A model generated the notes under the pieces. It was not told the origin of the DNA. It worked only from the letters and a program-made list of their open reading frames with translations, and did no database searches. A program made the translations under genes and the position numbers. From Basidiobolus meristosporus CBS 931.73 (taxonomy: Eukaryota; Fungi; Basidiobolomycota), in NCBI GenBank assembly GCA_002104905.1, contig MCFE01000447.1, positions 9,461 to 73,460 of the forward strand: a stretch of 64,000 nucleotides of DNA. The letters are read 5' to 3'. Shown in pieces: positions 38,101 through 50,482 of this stretch (positions are counted from its first letter, which is position 1; each line of letters starts with the position of its first letter).

Positions 38101-41100
38101 AATAGGCTAGGCCAATCTGATTCATGCACCTAGTTGAGTTGTGCAACTTGATCTAATCTTGATAAGGCATCAGCAACTGTGTTGTTTTTTCCAAGGCAGT
38201 AGACAATCTCCATGTCAAGTTGCTGAATGTATTCACTCCATCTTGTCATTCTTCTAGAGAGTACCTTCTGAGTAAATATATACTTGAGGGAGGCATGATC
38301 AGTCTTCACAGTGCATTTGACTCCTTCAATATAGCATCTCCATGTCTTCAAACAGTGTATTATAGCAAGCATCTCCTTCTCATGGACTGGATAGTTTTGT
38401 TCTGCTGAGTTCAGTTTCTTGGATTTAAAGGCAACAGGGTAGTCCTTTCCCTTGTGTTCTTGGCTCAGCACTCCACCAATTGCATAATCTGAAGCATCTG
38501 TGCACACAGTGAACTCTTTTCTGAAGTCTGGTATTCTTAATCTTCGCAGCTTAGCAAGTTCATTCTTGAGCGTCTGGAAGGCAGTCTCACAAGCTATGTC
38601 CCACTTGTAGGAATTGTTTTTCTTGAGGATATCAGTTAAAGGGGCTGCAGTACTTGCAAATGACTTGACAAATCTCTGATAATATGAAACTATTCCAAGG
38701 AATGATCTAAGCTCTGATATGTTATGGGGCTGCTTCAAATTCTTGATTACTTCCACCTTCTTGGGGTCTAAGGTTACTCCTGTGCTAGTCACTATGTGTC
38801 CCGGATATTCTATGTGTTCCTTGAAGAATTCACACTTGGGTAGCTGGCCATAAAGCTTGTTCTCTCTTAGCTTCTTCAAGACCTTTTCAATGTGCACCAA
38901 GTGATCCTCTTCTGTCTTGCTGTATATCACTATATCATCTAGGTAGATTGTGGCAAGCTTGTCTCAGTACTCCTGAAAGACAGTCTGCATCAGGGTCATG
39001 AAAGTTGCAGGGGCATTGGTGAGGCCAAAACTCATGACTAAGTACTTGTAATGTCCATATCTGGTCCTGAATGCTGTCTTAGGGATGTCTTCTGGCTTCA
39101 CCCTAATCTGGTTGTATCCTGACATGAGGTCAATCTTGCTGAAAATAGTGGCTCCATTAAGTTGGTCCAAAAGCTCATCAATCCAAGGTATGTGGTACTT
39201 ATTCTTGACGGTAACTGAGTTCAGGGCTCTGTAGTCAATGCACATCCTAAGTGTTCCATCCTTCTTTTTCACAAGAAGCACTGGTGCTCCCCTGGGTGAC
39301 TTGCTGGGCCTGATGTATCCTTGCTCCAATAGCTGATCAATTTGTCTCTTCATTTCCTCCAATTCCACTGGACTCATTCTGTAAGGTGTCTTGCTCACTG
39401 AAGGGCTATCTCCTGTGTCAGTGGCATGATCCACATCTCTGACTGGTAGTAAGCTTACAAGCTCATCTGGAAACACGTCTGAGTACTTCTTCAAGTGAGT
39501 CTGGACCTGCTGGGGTGCTGGGGTAGCAGAATCCTCCTGTAATACTGCCATGAGGAACATCTGGTTACCTTTTCTAAGCACTCTACAGAACTGGGTTTTG
39601 CTAAGTTCACTTGTCTCACACATACTGGAATTGACCAAGTTGAAATCCAGCCTGGCAGGTAATAGCTCATAGGTCTTGTTGTCTTTTTGGATCTGAGTAG
39701 CATGGGTTCTCCAGCTGATTGATGGATTACAACAAAATAGCCAGGTTTTTCCAAGTACAAGGTCAAACTTGCAGTTCCCAAATATATAAGCCTGTAGGTC
39801 TTCTTCATAGTCATTGATCTTCATTCTTACTGGCTGGGTAATACGGTTGATTATGTGAGAGTTCCCATCAGCTGTGGAGACTGAAGTTGATTTGGTAGGT
39901 TCTGAGTTGATTCTAGCCTTCAAGGCAAATTGCTCCAACATGTACTCATGAGATGCTCCTGAGTCAATCATGATCTTGGCAGGTACTCCATTGACTACTC
40001 CATTCAAGTACAATAACCTCCCTGAGTTTGAGGTCATTTGGGACAAGTACTCTTCTGTCATATGGAAGGTGAGTTCCAAGTCTGCTTCAAGCTCATCTTC
40101 CACATTACTGTGTTCATAGGACTCAATATGGTTGAAGGTTCTTGTTGGCTGGTGTCCATTTCTTCTCTGAGGGAAGTACTTTGCAATATGTCCTTGCTGG
40201 TGCCAATTGAAGCAAAGTCCTTTCTTCTTACATTCTTCTGAGGTTAGATTCTTTTGCATAGCATCTATTTCCATTGGTACTGCTTCTGATTGTCTTCTTT
40301 CATAATGTTTGTAGCCTCTCTGATTAATCACTGTAGGCTTCCCAACTCAAAACATAGCTGAGTCATAGTCAATGGCAATCTTGATGGCTACTTTGATAGT
40401 CTGAGGTCTTTGGTAATTCACTTCCTTGCGAGTTCTTTCTTTCAACCCATCTATAAAGTATTCAACTTGATCCAAGGGGTCCATTCTTTCAATTTGTCCA
40501 AGTAGACATCTGTACTCATAGATGTATTCTTGCACCATTCCTTTCTGTCTGAGTGTCTTTAACTCCCTTCTTAGTAGTGTCTGCTGGTGTGGAGGTTCAA
40601 AAGCATCCTGAATTTCCTACACAAACTCATCCCAGGTAGAGATTGTAGAGCATCCCATCATAGTGGCCAACCTGATCTTGTTGTGGTACCACTGTAAAGC
40701 TGCATCTGCCAGGTAAGAAGCTGCATAATGCAACTTGCTTCCTGGAGCAATTCCTTTAGCTTTAAAAGCTTCTTCAATCTGAAAGAGCCAAGTTCCCAGG
40801 ATTTCATTGACTCTGCCATGGTACCGGTTGATCTTCACACTAAAGTTGTTCTTAACAGGGCTTTGCTGGTTCTGAGCCATGGTAGTCATTCCTTGTTGCT
40901 GTTAGCTGAGGATCTGGAGTAACTGTTGCTGTTGGGCCAGGATTTGCTGCATGGCATTCTTCCATTCTTGATTGTCCAACATCTTGAGGGTGGTTCCATC
41001 TTTCTTCAGGAGGGAGGATTCTGATTGTTGCTGCTACCAATGTTACAAGTCTTGGTATAAGAGTTGTAGAGGAATAGGGAGTTTGGCTAGTATTGTATTC

Positions 41101-42011
41101 ACTAAAACTTGAACTGATTTTTATTGAGGTTCCAGCAGCTCCTTATATACATTTTGCCAGATTGATTGCTGACTAATTGTATTTCCTAATGTACGTTGTG
41201 GCTGATGACTTATTTGATTGCATCATCATCACCCAATAAGATCTTACTTAATATATCTATTTCTGTCTGATAAGGATCTGCTGGTTCATTTGCTGACTAA
41301 TGCTACTGATTTCATAGATAATACTGATATACTGATAACCTAAACATATACTAATTGATTTAACTAAAAACTGATCTAACTTAAACATTCAAGCGGCAGA
41401 TCATAATACATCGACTCTACCATGGTACCAGTTGACCTGCACACTAAAGTTGCTCTTGACAGGGTTTTGCTAGCTTTGCACCATGGCAGTCATTCCTTGT
41501 TGCTGCTGGCTAAGGATCTGAGTCACTGTTGCCGCTGGGCCAGGATTTGCTGCATAACATTCTTCCATTCTTGGTTTTTGAGCATCTTGAGGGAGGCTTC
41601 TACTTTCTTTAGGACTAAGGTTTCTGGTTATTACTGCTACATATGTTACAAGTCTTGGTACAAGAGTTGTAGAGGAATTGGGAGTTTAGCTAGTATTGTA
41701 CTCACTGAAACTTGAACTGATTTTTATTGAGGTCCCAGCAGCTCCTTATATACATTTTGGCAGATCAACTGCTCACTAATTGTTTTTCCTAATGTAGGTT
41801 GTAACTGATGACTTGTTTGATTGCATCATCATTACCCAATAAAATCCTACTTAATATGTATATGCCTGTCTGATAAGGATCTGCAAGTTCATTTGCTGAC
41901 TAATTCTACTGATTTGGTAGATAACACTGATGTAGTGATAGGCTAAACATATCACTAATTGATTTGACTAAAGCTGGCCTAACTTAAGCATTTAAGCAGT
42001 AGATCATAACA
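35171..42011 (-). mobile_element. Older truncated G1 gypsy (5' LTR 41644-42011, gag-PR), split by a younger G1 copy
   Basis: Gag is continuous across 36662/41409. LTR is homologous to G1. Truncated at the start of RT (35171). Confidence 0.88.
36663..41408 (-). mobile_element. Decayed G1 gypsy with both LTRs and a ~190-bp deletion in integrase
   Basis: LTRs 36663-37030 and 41041-41408. Flanks CACT/CATC each differ by one base from the host CATT. Deletion junction near 37380. Confidence 0.93.
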
Positions 42012-42362
42012 CATTCATCTGTCATTGCCTATCAACAATATCTTGCTGGCCATATGATACTTCTATAACAGCACCTTGCTATACTTTTTGCCTTGCTCAA
42101 GCCAATTTGGGTATGGTTGTGATGCCTTTAGGCTCACCTTGGCCTTCTGAATATGGCTAGAGTAATGATAGTTCTGAAGAGAAAGGCCCGCTGATGAATT
42201 ATGGCCCAATCTCCCCCAATAGTAGTACCATGTATAAGCCTGGGAAAATCCCAGTATAGAATAAGACAACAACTGTGTAAGATATTGCAATGATACTATA
42301 TGAAGCCAATTGAGCCCAATTATCCATTTACTGATGAATGATGTGATGTTGCGGCTAGAGAA

Positions 42363-43469
42363 AGCTGTAACTTAAGAAGTGATTTGGATGTGAGGAACTT
42401 ATTAAGATATAGTGCTAATAGTTGAACTGTTCATTACTCATAAAGAGGATTGGTATATATACCTTTGTTGAGGCAATGCAGCTGTAACACTAATTAAGGA
42501 GGGCTTCCCAACATTCAGGAGTATTCTGTAACAGTTTCAGGGTTACTACATGATAGACTTGTTCCATTGGATAGTGCCACATTGAGCCATGAGTGCCAAA
42601 TGATACCATAGTGTGCCAGAGAGGTAAAGTGAGCCTATACTTGGCCACAGAGTGTGAAACATAGCTCTGCATCTTCACATAAAGCAGCCCCTGTGTTTCA
42701 CCCATTGCGCAGGAGAAAATCCATTTTTTGACCTTTTTTTGTGGATGAATGTAGCTCAGGATGTGTAAGAGCACAGGAGAACTGAAGACATGCATCTGGT
42801 ACTCAATACCCATGGCACTCGGAATCTAGCCCCTGTGCCTTGTATCATGTCACAAAAATGAATGGCACTATCTTGGTCCACTGGTACTATCTGGCACTAT
42901 ATTTAAATATTAACCCTAAAGTAAGATCTATACAAAGCACTTATAGTGCCAGATAGTGCCAGTGGACCAAGATAGTGCCATCCATTTTTGTGACATGATA
43001 CAAGCTACAGGAGCTAGATTCAGAGTGCCATGGGTATTGAGTACCAGATGCATATCTTCAATCTGCTTGTGCTCTAACACATCCTGCACAACATTGATTC
43101 AAAAAAAAAGGTCAAAAAATGGATTTTCTCCAACACAATGGGTGAAACACAGGGGCTGCTTTGCATGAAGATGCAGAGCTATGTTTCACACTCTGTGGCC
43201 AAGTATAGGCTCACTTTACCTCTCTGGCACACTATGGCATCATTTGGCACTTATGACTCAATGTGGCACTATCCAACGGAACAGGTCTAATGTTTGGTAA
43301 AAAGTGTTAATTTGAACTTCACTATAGGGGAATCATTATAGGATCATGGACATGAAAAAACTGGCAAATTTGGGGCTGCAAATTAGTCCTACAGTGCTCA
43401 AGACTAGTCTAGATTGGTTAAGTAAATTTTTAGCTGCTGAATGATAACAAATAGTTCAATATTTCAGCA
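42363..43469 (-). repeat. Old solo LTR of copia family A, interrupted by a MITE
   Basis: After removing 42555-43288 it aligns to the reverse complement of 13224-13592. 5-bp TSD GAGAA (42358-42362, 43470-43474). Confidence 0.85.
42555..43288. mobile_element. Foldback MITE with PHIS-type TIRs, 734 bp
   Basis: Ends AGACTTGTTCCATTGG / CCAACGGAACAGGTCT. Flanks GAT/AAT, and the target in the copia A LTR is AAT. Confidence 0.9.
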
Positions 43470-46219
43470 GAGAAGTGGCACACTGCTACCAATATCAGTA
43501 ATGGGGGCTGTGAGAAATTACTGCTACTCCTTGCCAAGTTCATTTGGGCATTTAGCTTGTCATGTACCTGATACAAATGTAGGACTAATACGCTGCTGGC
43601 AACATATGGCCTAGTAATTATTCTAATACCAGCCTGTGTTACCTGTTGCATGGCATTCATATCAAAAAATGCCACAATTGCTAGGTGTCTAACTTGTCAG
43701 GAAGTCACTATTGCAGGAAGTAACATTGTGCACACTGTGTATGCATCCAAGTAGTAGTTTGTCTAAAAAATTTATGCAGTCTGACAAATGTGGTGAAGCA
43801 CTCAGGTTTCACACTCAGTTTCAAGTAAGCACCAACATTTCCAATGTATTTGATGGTAAGCATTGTAAAAAGCTAAGAAACCAAGGCTACCTTGAACACA
43901 TGTGAGACCATACCTTTGCTTAGCATACGATGGTTTCTCACTGAACAAGTACTCTGCTTGCAAACCCTGCTGCCTACTGCCTCTTATCAACTAAAAACTG
44001 CTGCCAACTCTTCAGTATTATGGTATAAATCTGGTGGAAGTCTCACTGATTGCTTGCTCCAAATCTCTATCCAATCTGAGTAAATACCTGTATCAACTGC
44101 TGGATGAGTTCTATGTGCTATCTATCAGGATACTGGTTATTGATTATCATGATAATGCATATCTTTATCTGTGCTGGAGACACCCCAGCTATCAGCAAGA
44201 TAGACAGCTATTCTGGGTGCACTGAACAGTATTATTGTTGAGTGCGTGATTTCCAGGGAACTTACTCAATAACTGGCGCACATTGCCATTATCCAGGAAC
44301 CAACACTAAATACATCATCTTCTCACAGAGAGAATGTACAGAAGTCAGCATGCAAATTCAGCAAAACTGGCAAGCCATATTCTATTGGCTAGATTATGAT
44401 ATTAGTCAATAAGTGGCAATTCCCCAGATAGAGGGAATATGTAGGAGCAAAAGCGTCCCACTGGAAGCAGTGCATTTGCTCTTTAGTAATACCCCTATAG
44501 TAATTGTCAATTTGTATATGGGGCACTTTGTGCTAATTGAGTCTGTTAAGATACTGGAGAAACTTGAGAGAATTGCATAACATTATAGAGTTTATGTTAC
44601 CCAAAGTTCTTGTCACAAGCTACAATGAATATTAGCGCACATATGCTACAATACAAATGAAAGAAATGGATGGACTGGATATATATTTATTCAAGTGACC
44701 TTTGAGAAGGTTTTACCCAGAGTGCATTGGAAGTAATGGAAGTCACATGTTTGCAATGTAGGAATCCTTATCCAGAAGTAGATCACCAATGCCCACTTGA
44801 TCCATCTTCAGCTTCAATGCAAGAAGTTTGTGTTGGAATATCAGTGGTTAAATTTTAAGCACAGAGCTGTACAGGTGAATCTTTGCTGCTATTATATCTG
44901 TTCTCTGCTCCATCTTGCCTGGCATGGGGAAAATGTTGGACCTTGCTTCACCTTTGGAGATTTTGCTATAGTGCAGATGTAAGGGGAAATAAGAAGACAA
45001 TTCAAGTTGCAAGTATAACCATATACAAATCTCATTAAGAATATCACCCTCACATCTGTCAGGGGTGTGATAAGCTGGCATAAGAATGTCATCCAGTAAG
45101 AGTTGGAGAGTACAGAGAATTGCTGTGCACATGGCGACACCTATGCCTTGGAATTAAGAAGCTAAGTGGCCCCAATGCATGGATATTCAGTTACATAACT
45201 CAAAGAAGTGTAGAAGCAATATGATACCAGTTCTATTATAATACATTTACTAGTATATGCTAGGTTTCCCCTTGTTACCAGCTGATTTTTACGCCATTCA
45301 GTTTGAAACTCATACAAATAAAACCAGAGCATACATATACAGAGGACTAGAATCCAGCAGGGAAAAGGATAATACTGGTCAAGTACCCAGAAGTATATTG
45401 CAGATATCCAAGAGGTATATATAACAAAAGTAGTGGTAACTGGGCATATGTTTGCAGGATCTATTTGCCATCATTAATATAAGGTATAAGATAACTTTGC
45501 AAATATCACACTACAATGCTGCAAGGTTGACATGATACATGAGTGGCAAATACAGCATGTATGCATGTGTGTAGAGGTGAGTAAGTAGTGGGCCATAGTT
45601 TACTTTGATTCAAACTCTATATGGACTATCAGTGGTAGTAATGGATAAATAAATAAATTGGAGTTATTCTACAATGGTATTTATGAATGGTACAAGGGGA
45701 GGTGGCAAAAGGGAATATATTATTTTTGGTAAACTGGTAAGGTACCATTATATGGTGCTAGCAGGAGGCCACCTCACTGTCTTTATAATGCCATCAAATG
45801 TCTGCATCAAGGCAGTTGAAATAATGTTAGGCTTACTTCATATATGGCATTTGCATGCACTGGTTGAATAGGTCTACTCAAAAAAGTGTAGGTTGCAATA
45901 TAATCTTCAAGATACCATTGAAATCCAATTAAGAGCTATCTAAACACCATCACACCCCCATCATAACATTGTAAACAGGGTTAACAATCCAAGCTGCTAG
46001 CATTATGATGGACTCATTACATGATCCTGACAGCAGATCTAGATTAGATCCACCTGTGGATCAAATTAATTCTCATAGGGACAGTAAAGGAGCAATTATA
46101 TAAAATTCAGGAAAGCAATCAATGGTAGCACTCTCTACCATATAGGCGCATTATAAGGCAGCCTGTGAAGCCACAGAAGAAGAAATGTGGCTAGGAAAGC
46201 TTTTCAAGCACCTGGACTG

Positions 46220-46730
46220 AAGGAGTTGCCCTAGCAAGTAAGCTGCATTAACCATCATCTATTTTGGCGGATCCAGTCCTATAGTGGTACCCCCAACAGG
46301 ATCAGGTCAGCCCATATGATGGGATGCTCAACTATCGCTACCAGGGATGAGTTTGTGCTGAGAATTCAGGATGCTTTTGAACCTTCACACCAGCAGACAC
46401 TACTGAGGTGGAGGCTGAAGACACTCAGACAGAAAGGAATGGTTTAAGCATATTTCTGGGAGTATAGATGCTTACTAGGGCAGATTTTAAGAATGGACCC
46501 CCTTAATCAAGTTGAATACCTTACAGATGGGTGAAGGAGAGAACTTATAAGGAAGTGAACTTTCAAAGACCCCAGACTATTGAAGAAGCCATCAAGCTTG
46601 CAATTGATAATTAACAGGCAATAGTTGGAGCTAAGAGGCCTACAGTAACTAACCAGAAAGCACTTAATCACCATCAAAGAAGATAATTGGAAGCAGTGCC
46701 AATAAATATAGACACTATGCAGAGGAAAGC
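46220..46730 (+). pseudogene. G1 gypsy gag fragment, preceded by a short copia RNaseH fragment (46081-46220)
   Basis: Matches 28990-29480 (GATGAGTTTGTG..ATTCAGGATGCTTTTGAACC). Confidence 0.8.
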
Positions 46731-49072
46731 AGCTCTAAGAGTCTTGGAATTACTAGAAGTGATTGGGAGAATCAGTAGATTATGGAGTCTTTACTTGACA
46801 GTTTGCCAAATGTAAAAGTAGTATTTACTTGACATGGTCATTGCATAACAAACATGTAGAATAGAACAAGGATGGTCCCAAGAGCATGAGTTCAGGCCTG
46901 GGCGGTTTGGACTACTTTGAGAATTTTCAAGTTCTGGGTATCTGACATAAAGGTGAAAATATTCCAAGCATATCCTGGCAAGAAGTTTGGTCAGTATTCT
47001 TTAAGATTTGTAGGTAATGATCTAAGTGACCAGCCTAGGGGAATATTTTGGTAGAGTAAAAAATCATAGAACACCCCCTCTTGAATAAATGCTCATACTG
47101 AATGGCCCTAACTTTGACCTAAGATATTCAAATCTGTCTCTAGCTGATAGTTTGGTAATATGTTTACAATCATTCCATCTGTAGGACAGTAAATTAAGCT
47201 ATTTATACTATTCTTGATAGTTTCTTGTGTGAAACATTGTCATAATATATGTGCTCAGCTCTAGCATGAGAAGTTGGATTTCTACTTAATTTTATGCATT
47301 GTTGAATATCTTGATATAAAGTAACAAATGTCTTTTTGACATAGTCCAAGTATCTGAAAAGCTGCCTTAGCCACGCTGCTTCTTTTGTAGCTTCACAGGC
47401 TGTCATTTACTTAGCAACTGTGATGGAAAGTGTTACAGCTGGTTGCTGTCTTGAATTTTGATGAAATGCTCCTTTACAGTAAAAAAAGGTGTATGAAGTA
47501 GTTGATGCTCTATTATCTAAGCTTTGTTCCCAATCTGCATAGAATTATCCTGTAATATCCTGCTCTATTTTCTTACAGGGGCACCCTAAGCTGATATTAG
47601 TAGCTCTAATTAGGTTTTCAAAAAAACTGCTTCACTACTGCAATATGATCTGATCTATAGTTCTGAATTTATTGACTGACAGCTCCCACTGACTATGCAG
47701 TATTGGGTTGTGTTTCAAGCATGATATGCATCAGACTGCTGACCATAGATTTGTAGGAAAAGACAGGGCTTTTTCATAGCATCAGGCTCTCTTTATTGGG
47801 TTGAGCTCTCAATGAGTCAAGATTTATTTACATTGGGGTAGCTGCTGGTGTACAGTCTTCCACTTGATACTTCTTTAGTATATCTTGAGTATACTTGGAC
47901 AGCCATACAGTCATAGTCTTTGTACTTCTGTTCATAAGGAGTTTATGCCTAAACAGTAAATGAGTTCTCCCAGGTTGGACATCCTGGGTTCTTTAGATAT
48001 GTAGGATTTAGTCTCTTCCACAGCTTCTTAGTTGTTGGTGACTCTAATGAGATTTACATAAGGAGCTAATAAGACTGGACTTGCCTGGCTGGCTTATAGG
48101 AGATACTTCAGTCAGCAGTTCTCTTTGGAAACCCAATTAATCAAAATAAGAATCTATCTTGCAATTCTAGCCTTGTGGAAATTATTTCAGACTATAAAGA
48201 GACTTTTTAAGATTGCAGACCTAATGGGGGTTATCTTGTTAAGAAAACCCATTAGGCTGGCCCATGAGCATGTGCTCATTAGGTTTTTCATTCAAGATGC
48301 AGTCTTTACATCAGCTTGATGAATAGAAGCCTACATTTGACAGCTATTGTGGTGAATAGACACAAGGCAGGAGAGTAGGGCTAGGCAAGGCAGGACCAGG
48401 AAAGAACTTAGGTGTGGATCAACAAGTCAAGGCAGATTTCCAAGGCAAGGCTGTTTATTCAAGACCTGTGTTTATCAGACTGAGGAATACTTAAGGGGGG
48501 ATAGGACTATATACTTTTTGGTTATACTGATGCCAAGAGATATTAGCTAATACTAATGGGGTTGTGGGGTGAGGCACAGCAGCAGTGCTGGGGATAATAA
48601 TATAGAAGGCAGGCACTGAGACAGGATGGGCAAATGGATTGGGTCACCTGATCATGTGACTAAGTCATGTGACCTGGTATTTCTATAAATGGTACTGGAC
48701 TATGAAAAATACAATGGGAAGCTTCCATGGAATGTTCCATTGAGTAAAAATGAATTTGGAATGGTTGGGAACTTTCTGGAAGGTGGTACAAGGTTCCAGA
48801 AGGAATCTCTTAGAAATTGAGCTAGGAAGCTGAAACTTGGCATGGGTATTCATGGTTGTCATGTGATCATGACAAATAGAGTGCTTTGGGACAAACGCTT
48901 GGTTAATGAAACAGGATGAAGCACCAGAATCAATCAGGGCTAGGACTGGGACATGACTGGAGTCAGGGATCTGGATTTTGACAGGCATTCTCAAGGACTG
49001 GATAGATTTTGTGGCAAAAGAAAGACTCTTGGATATGCTGGATTTGCATGGGTGGGTCCAGTTGCAAGCCTG

Positions 49073-49942
49073 TCAGTACAACTGGACATTGGAGTTTCCC
49101 AACATATCTGAATCAGGTTGGCTACTGGAGAACTGCATCAGCTTGAAGCTGGACTTCTTGTTGAGGCAGGACTTGGCAAAATGACCTGGTTGGCCACAGT
49201 ATAGACAGAGGTTGGCTTTTTGATGTCTGGACTTTTCACTCTTTGATAGTTTCTTGTAGTTGGCACTATCAATATGCATAGGATCTTCTGGAGTGACTTG
49301 GGGAGCAGGAGGGGCTGGGACTGCTACAGGAATGTGTCTTTGACGGTTTTTTTGCCTCTTCTGGAGTAGTCTGTTATCACACCAGATTGCTTGGTGCATA
49401 GCTTCAACCATTGTATCTGGATTTGGGAGTGTGAGTAGCAGATCATAAACTTCATCATTGAGGCCATCTTGGAATTGGCTAATCAAGGCTGCTTGACCCC
49501 AGGAGCTGAGGTCACTGGACAGTTGTTGGAATTCTGAGGCATAGACTGATGCTGTTTTGTTCCCTTGTTTGAGGGTCTTGATCTTGTTGGCAGCAGTTTT
49601 GGCTTTGTCAAGGTTACCAAATGTTAGCTCCATTTCAGTAAGAAAGGCTTGGTAGTCTCTGAGTAGGGGAGAGTTGGTCTCTACTAATGGGGAAAACCAC
49701 TTGAGAGCTGTACCAGTAAGCAGGCTGGAGATGAAGCCAACTTTGGCCTGGTCAGTGGAGTACCAGTTGGGCTGGAGTGCAAGATTGTTCTTCACCATGT
49801 TGATGAAGCAACAGAATTCATTCTGAGAGCCATTGAACTTGGTAGCAGGAGTACACTTGGGTTCTTGGTTGACCAGGACATGGCTAGTTTGCTGGACACT
49901 TTGGTTCCAAAACTGAGCAAGAGTGTTTCTGTTGTGTTGCAT
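49073..49942 (-). CDS. Ty3/gypsy Gag (PEG10/Retrotrans_gag-like), 289 aa, followed by a truncated protease in another frame
   Basis: KFNGSQNEF, AKVGFISSLLTGTALKWF, LKQG..ASVYASEFQQL, FQDGLNDEV, CLYCGQPGHFAKSC. Protease ALIDSGASSCFI at ~48900-48960. Confidence 0.88.
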   Translation of the reverse strand: MQHNRNTLAQFWNQSVQQTSHVLVNQEPKCTPATKFNGSQNEFCCFINMVKNNLALQPNWYSTDQAKVGFISSLLTGTALKWFSPLVETNSPLLRDYQAFLTEMELTFGNLDKAKTAANKIKTLKQGNKTASVYASEFQQLSSDLSSWGQAALISQFQDGLNDEVYDLLLTLPNPDTMVEAMHQAIWCDNRLLQKRQKNRQRHIPVAVPAPPAPQVTPEDPMHIDSANYKKLSKSEKSRHQKANLCLYCGQPGHFAKSCLNKKSSFKLMQFSSSQPDSDMLGNSNVQLY

Positions 49943-50254
49943 TGTGATTAGTTTGGGGCTTGTTCTACAATGTAGAGGCTAATCACCAATATTCAACAAC
50001 TTCCAGTATGCTAATACTGAAATAGCTTATTGGGAGTTGGATATACCAATAGAAGATATAACTTTCATCAATTTCCTCAATCTTGGGCTCAAAATGTACT
50101 GTAGGCAGTGTTTATCACTTCTACAGCAGTGTTCTGACCTTCTGTCAACTAATGGGCTTACTTACTTTTATAGTGACTTTTCCTTATTTGGAAGTCACTT
50201 TCCTTTCCAAGCAAATATTTCCTAATATGTAAATACTGACCTCCCCTTTAACCC

Positions 50255-50482
50255 AAAGGGGTGTATTGTAAAAGTCTCTAAAGGGGTCTTTAGACCTAAA
50301 GGGGTGTCTTTAGAGTAAAGGGGCTTCTTGTAGTGGTCTCTGAAGTGGACTTTAAAATAAAGGGGTGCCTAAAGGGGCTTCTTTAGAGTAAAGGGGTTTC
50401 TTAAAGGGGTTGCTAAAGGGGTCTTTGGACTAAAGGGGTGTGTAAAGGGGTGTCATTAGAGTAAAGGGGTTTCTTAGAGGGG
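50255..50482 (+). repeat. Irregular array of 13 A(A/G)AGGGG units
   Basis: 12 AAAGGGG plus one AGAGGGG counted directly, with variable spacers. Confidence 0.92.

Larger units (their letters stand above)
42012..46080 (+). mobile_element. Decayed CACTA/EnSpm-type (Tnp2-like) element, copy 1
   Basis: Remnants FDGKHCKKLRNQGY and ENVGPCFTFGDFAI..GEI. Collinear with 59070-61212. Right end TCTCATAGGG at 46080. Left end not found. Confidence 0.7.

Noticed and set aside
36663-41408. Classical Neurospora-type RIP (CpA to TpA)
   Set aside because: The mismatches inspected concentrate at CpG and CpA remains abundant. This was not quantified.
45200-45940. Host gene fragment inside CACTA copy 1
   Set aside because: Only a 65-aa ORF with no motif and no splice evidence. 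It cannot be supported.
50255-50482. Telomeric repeat or CRISPR-like array
   Set aside because: Not tandem TTAGGG-type, spacers are short and low-complexity, the site is interstitial, and there are no cas genes in this eukaryotic context.
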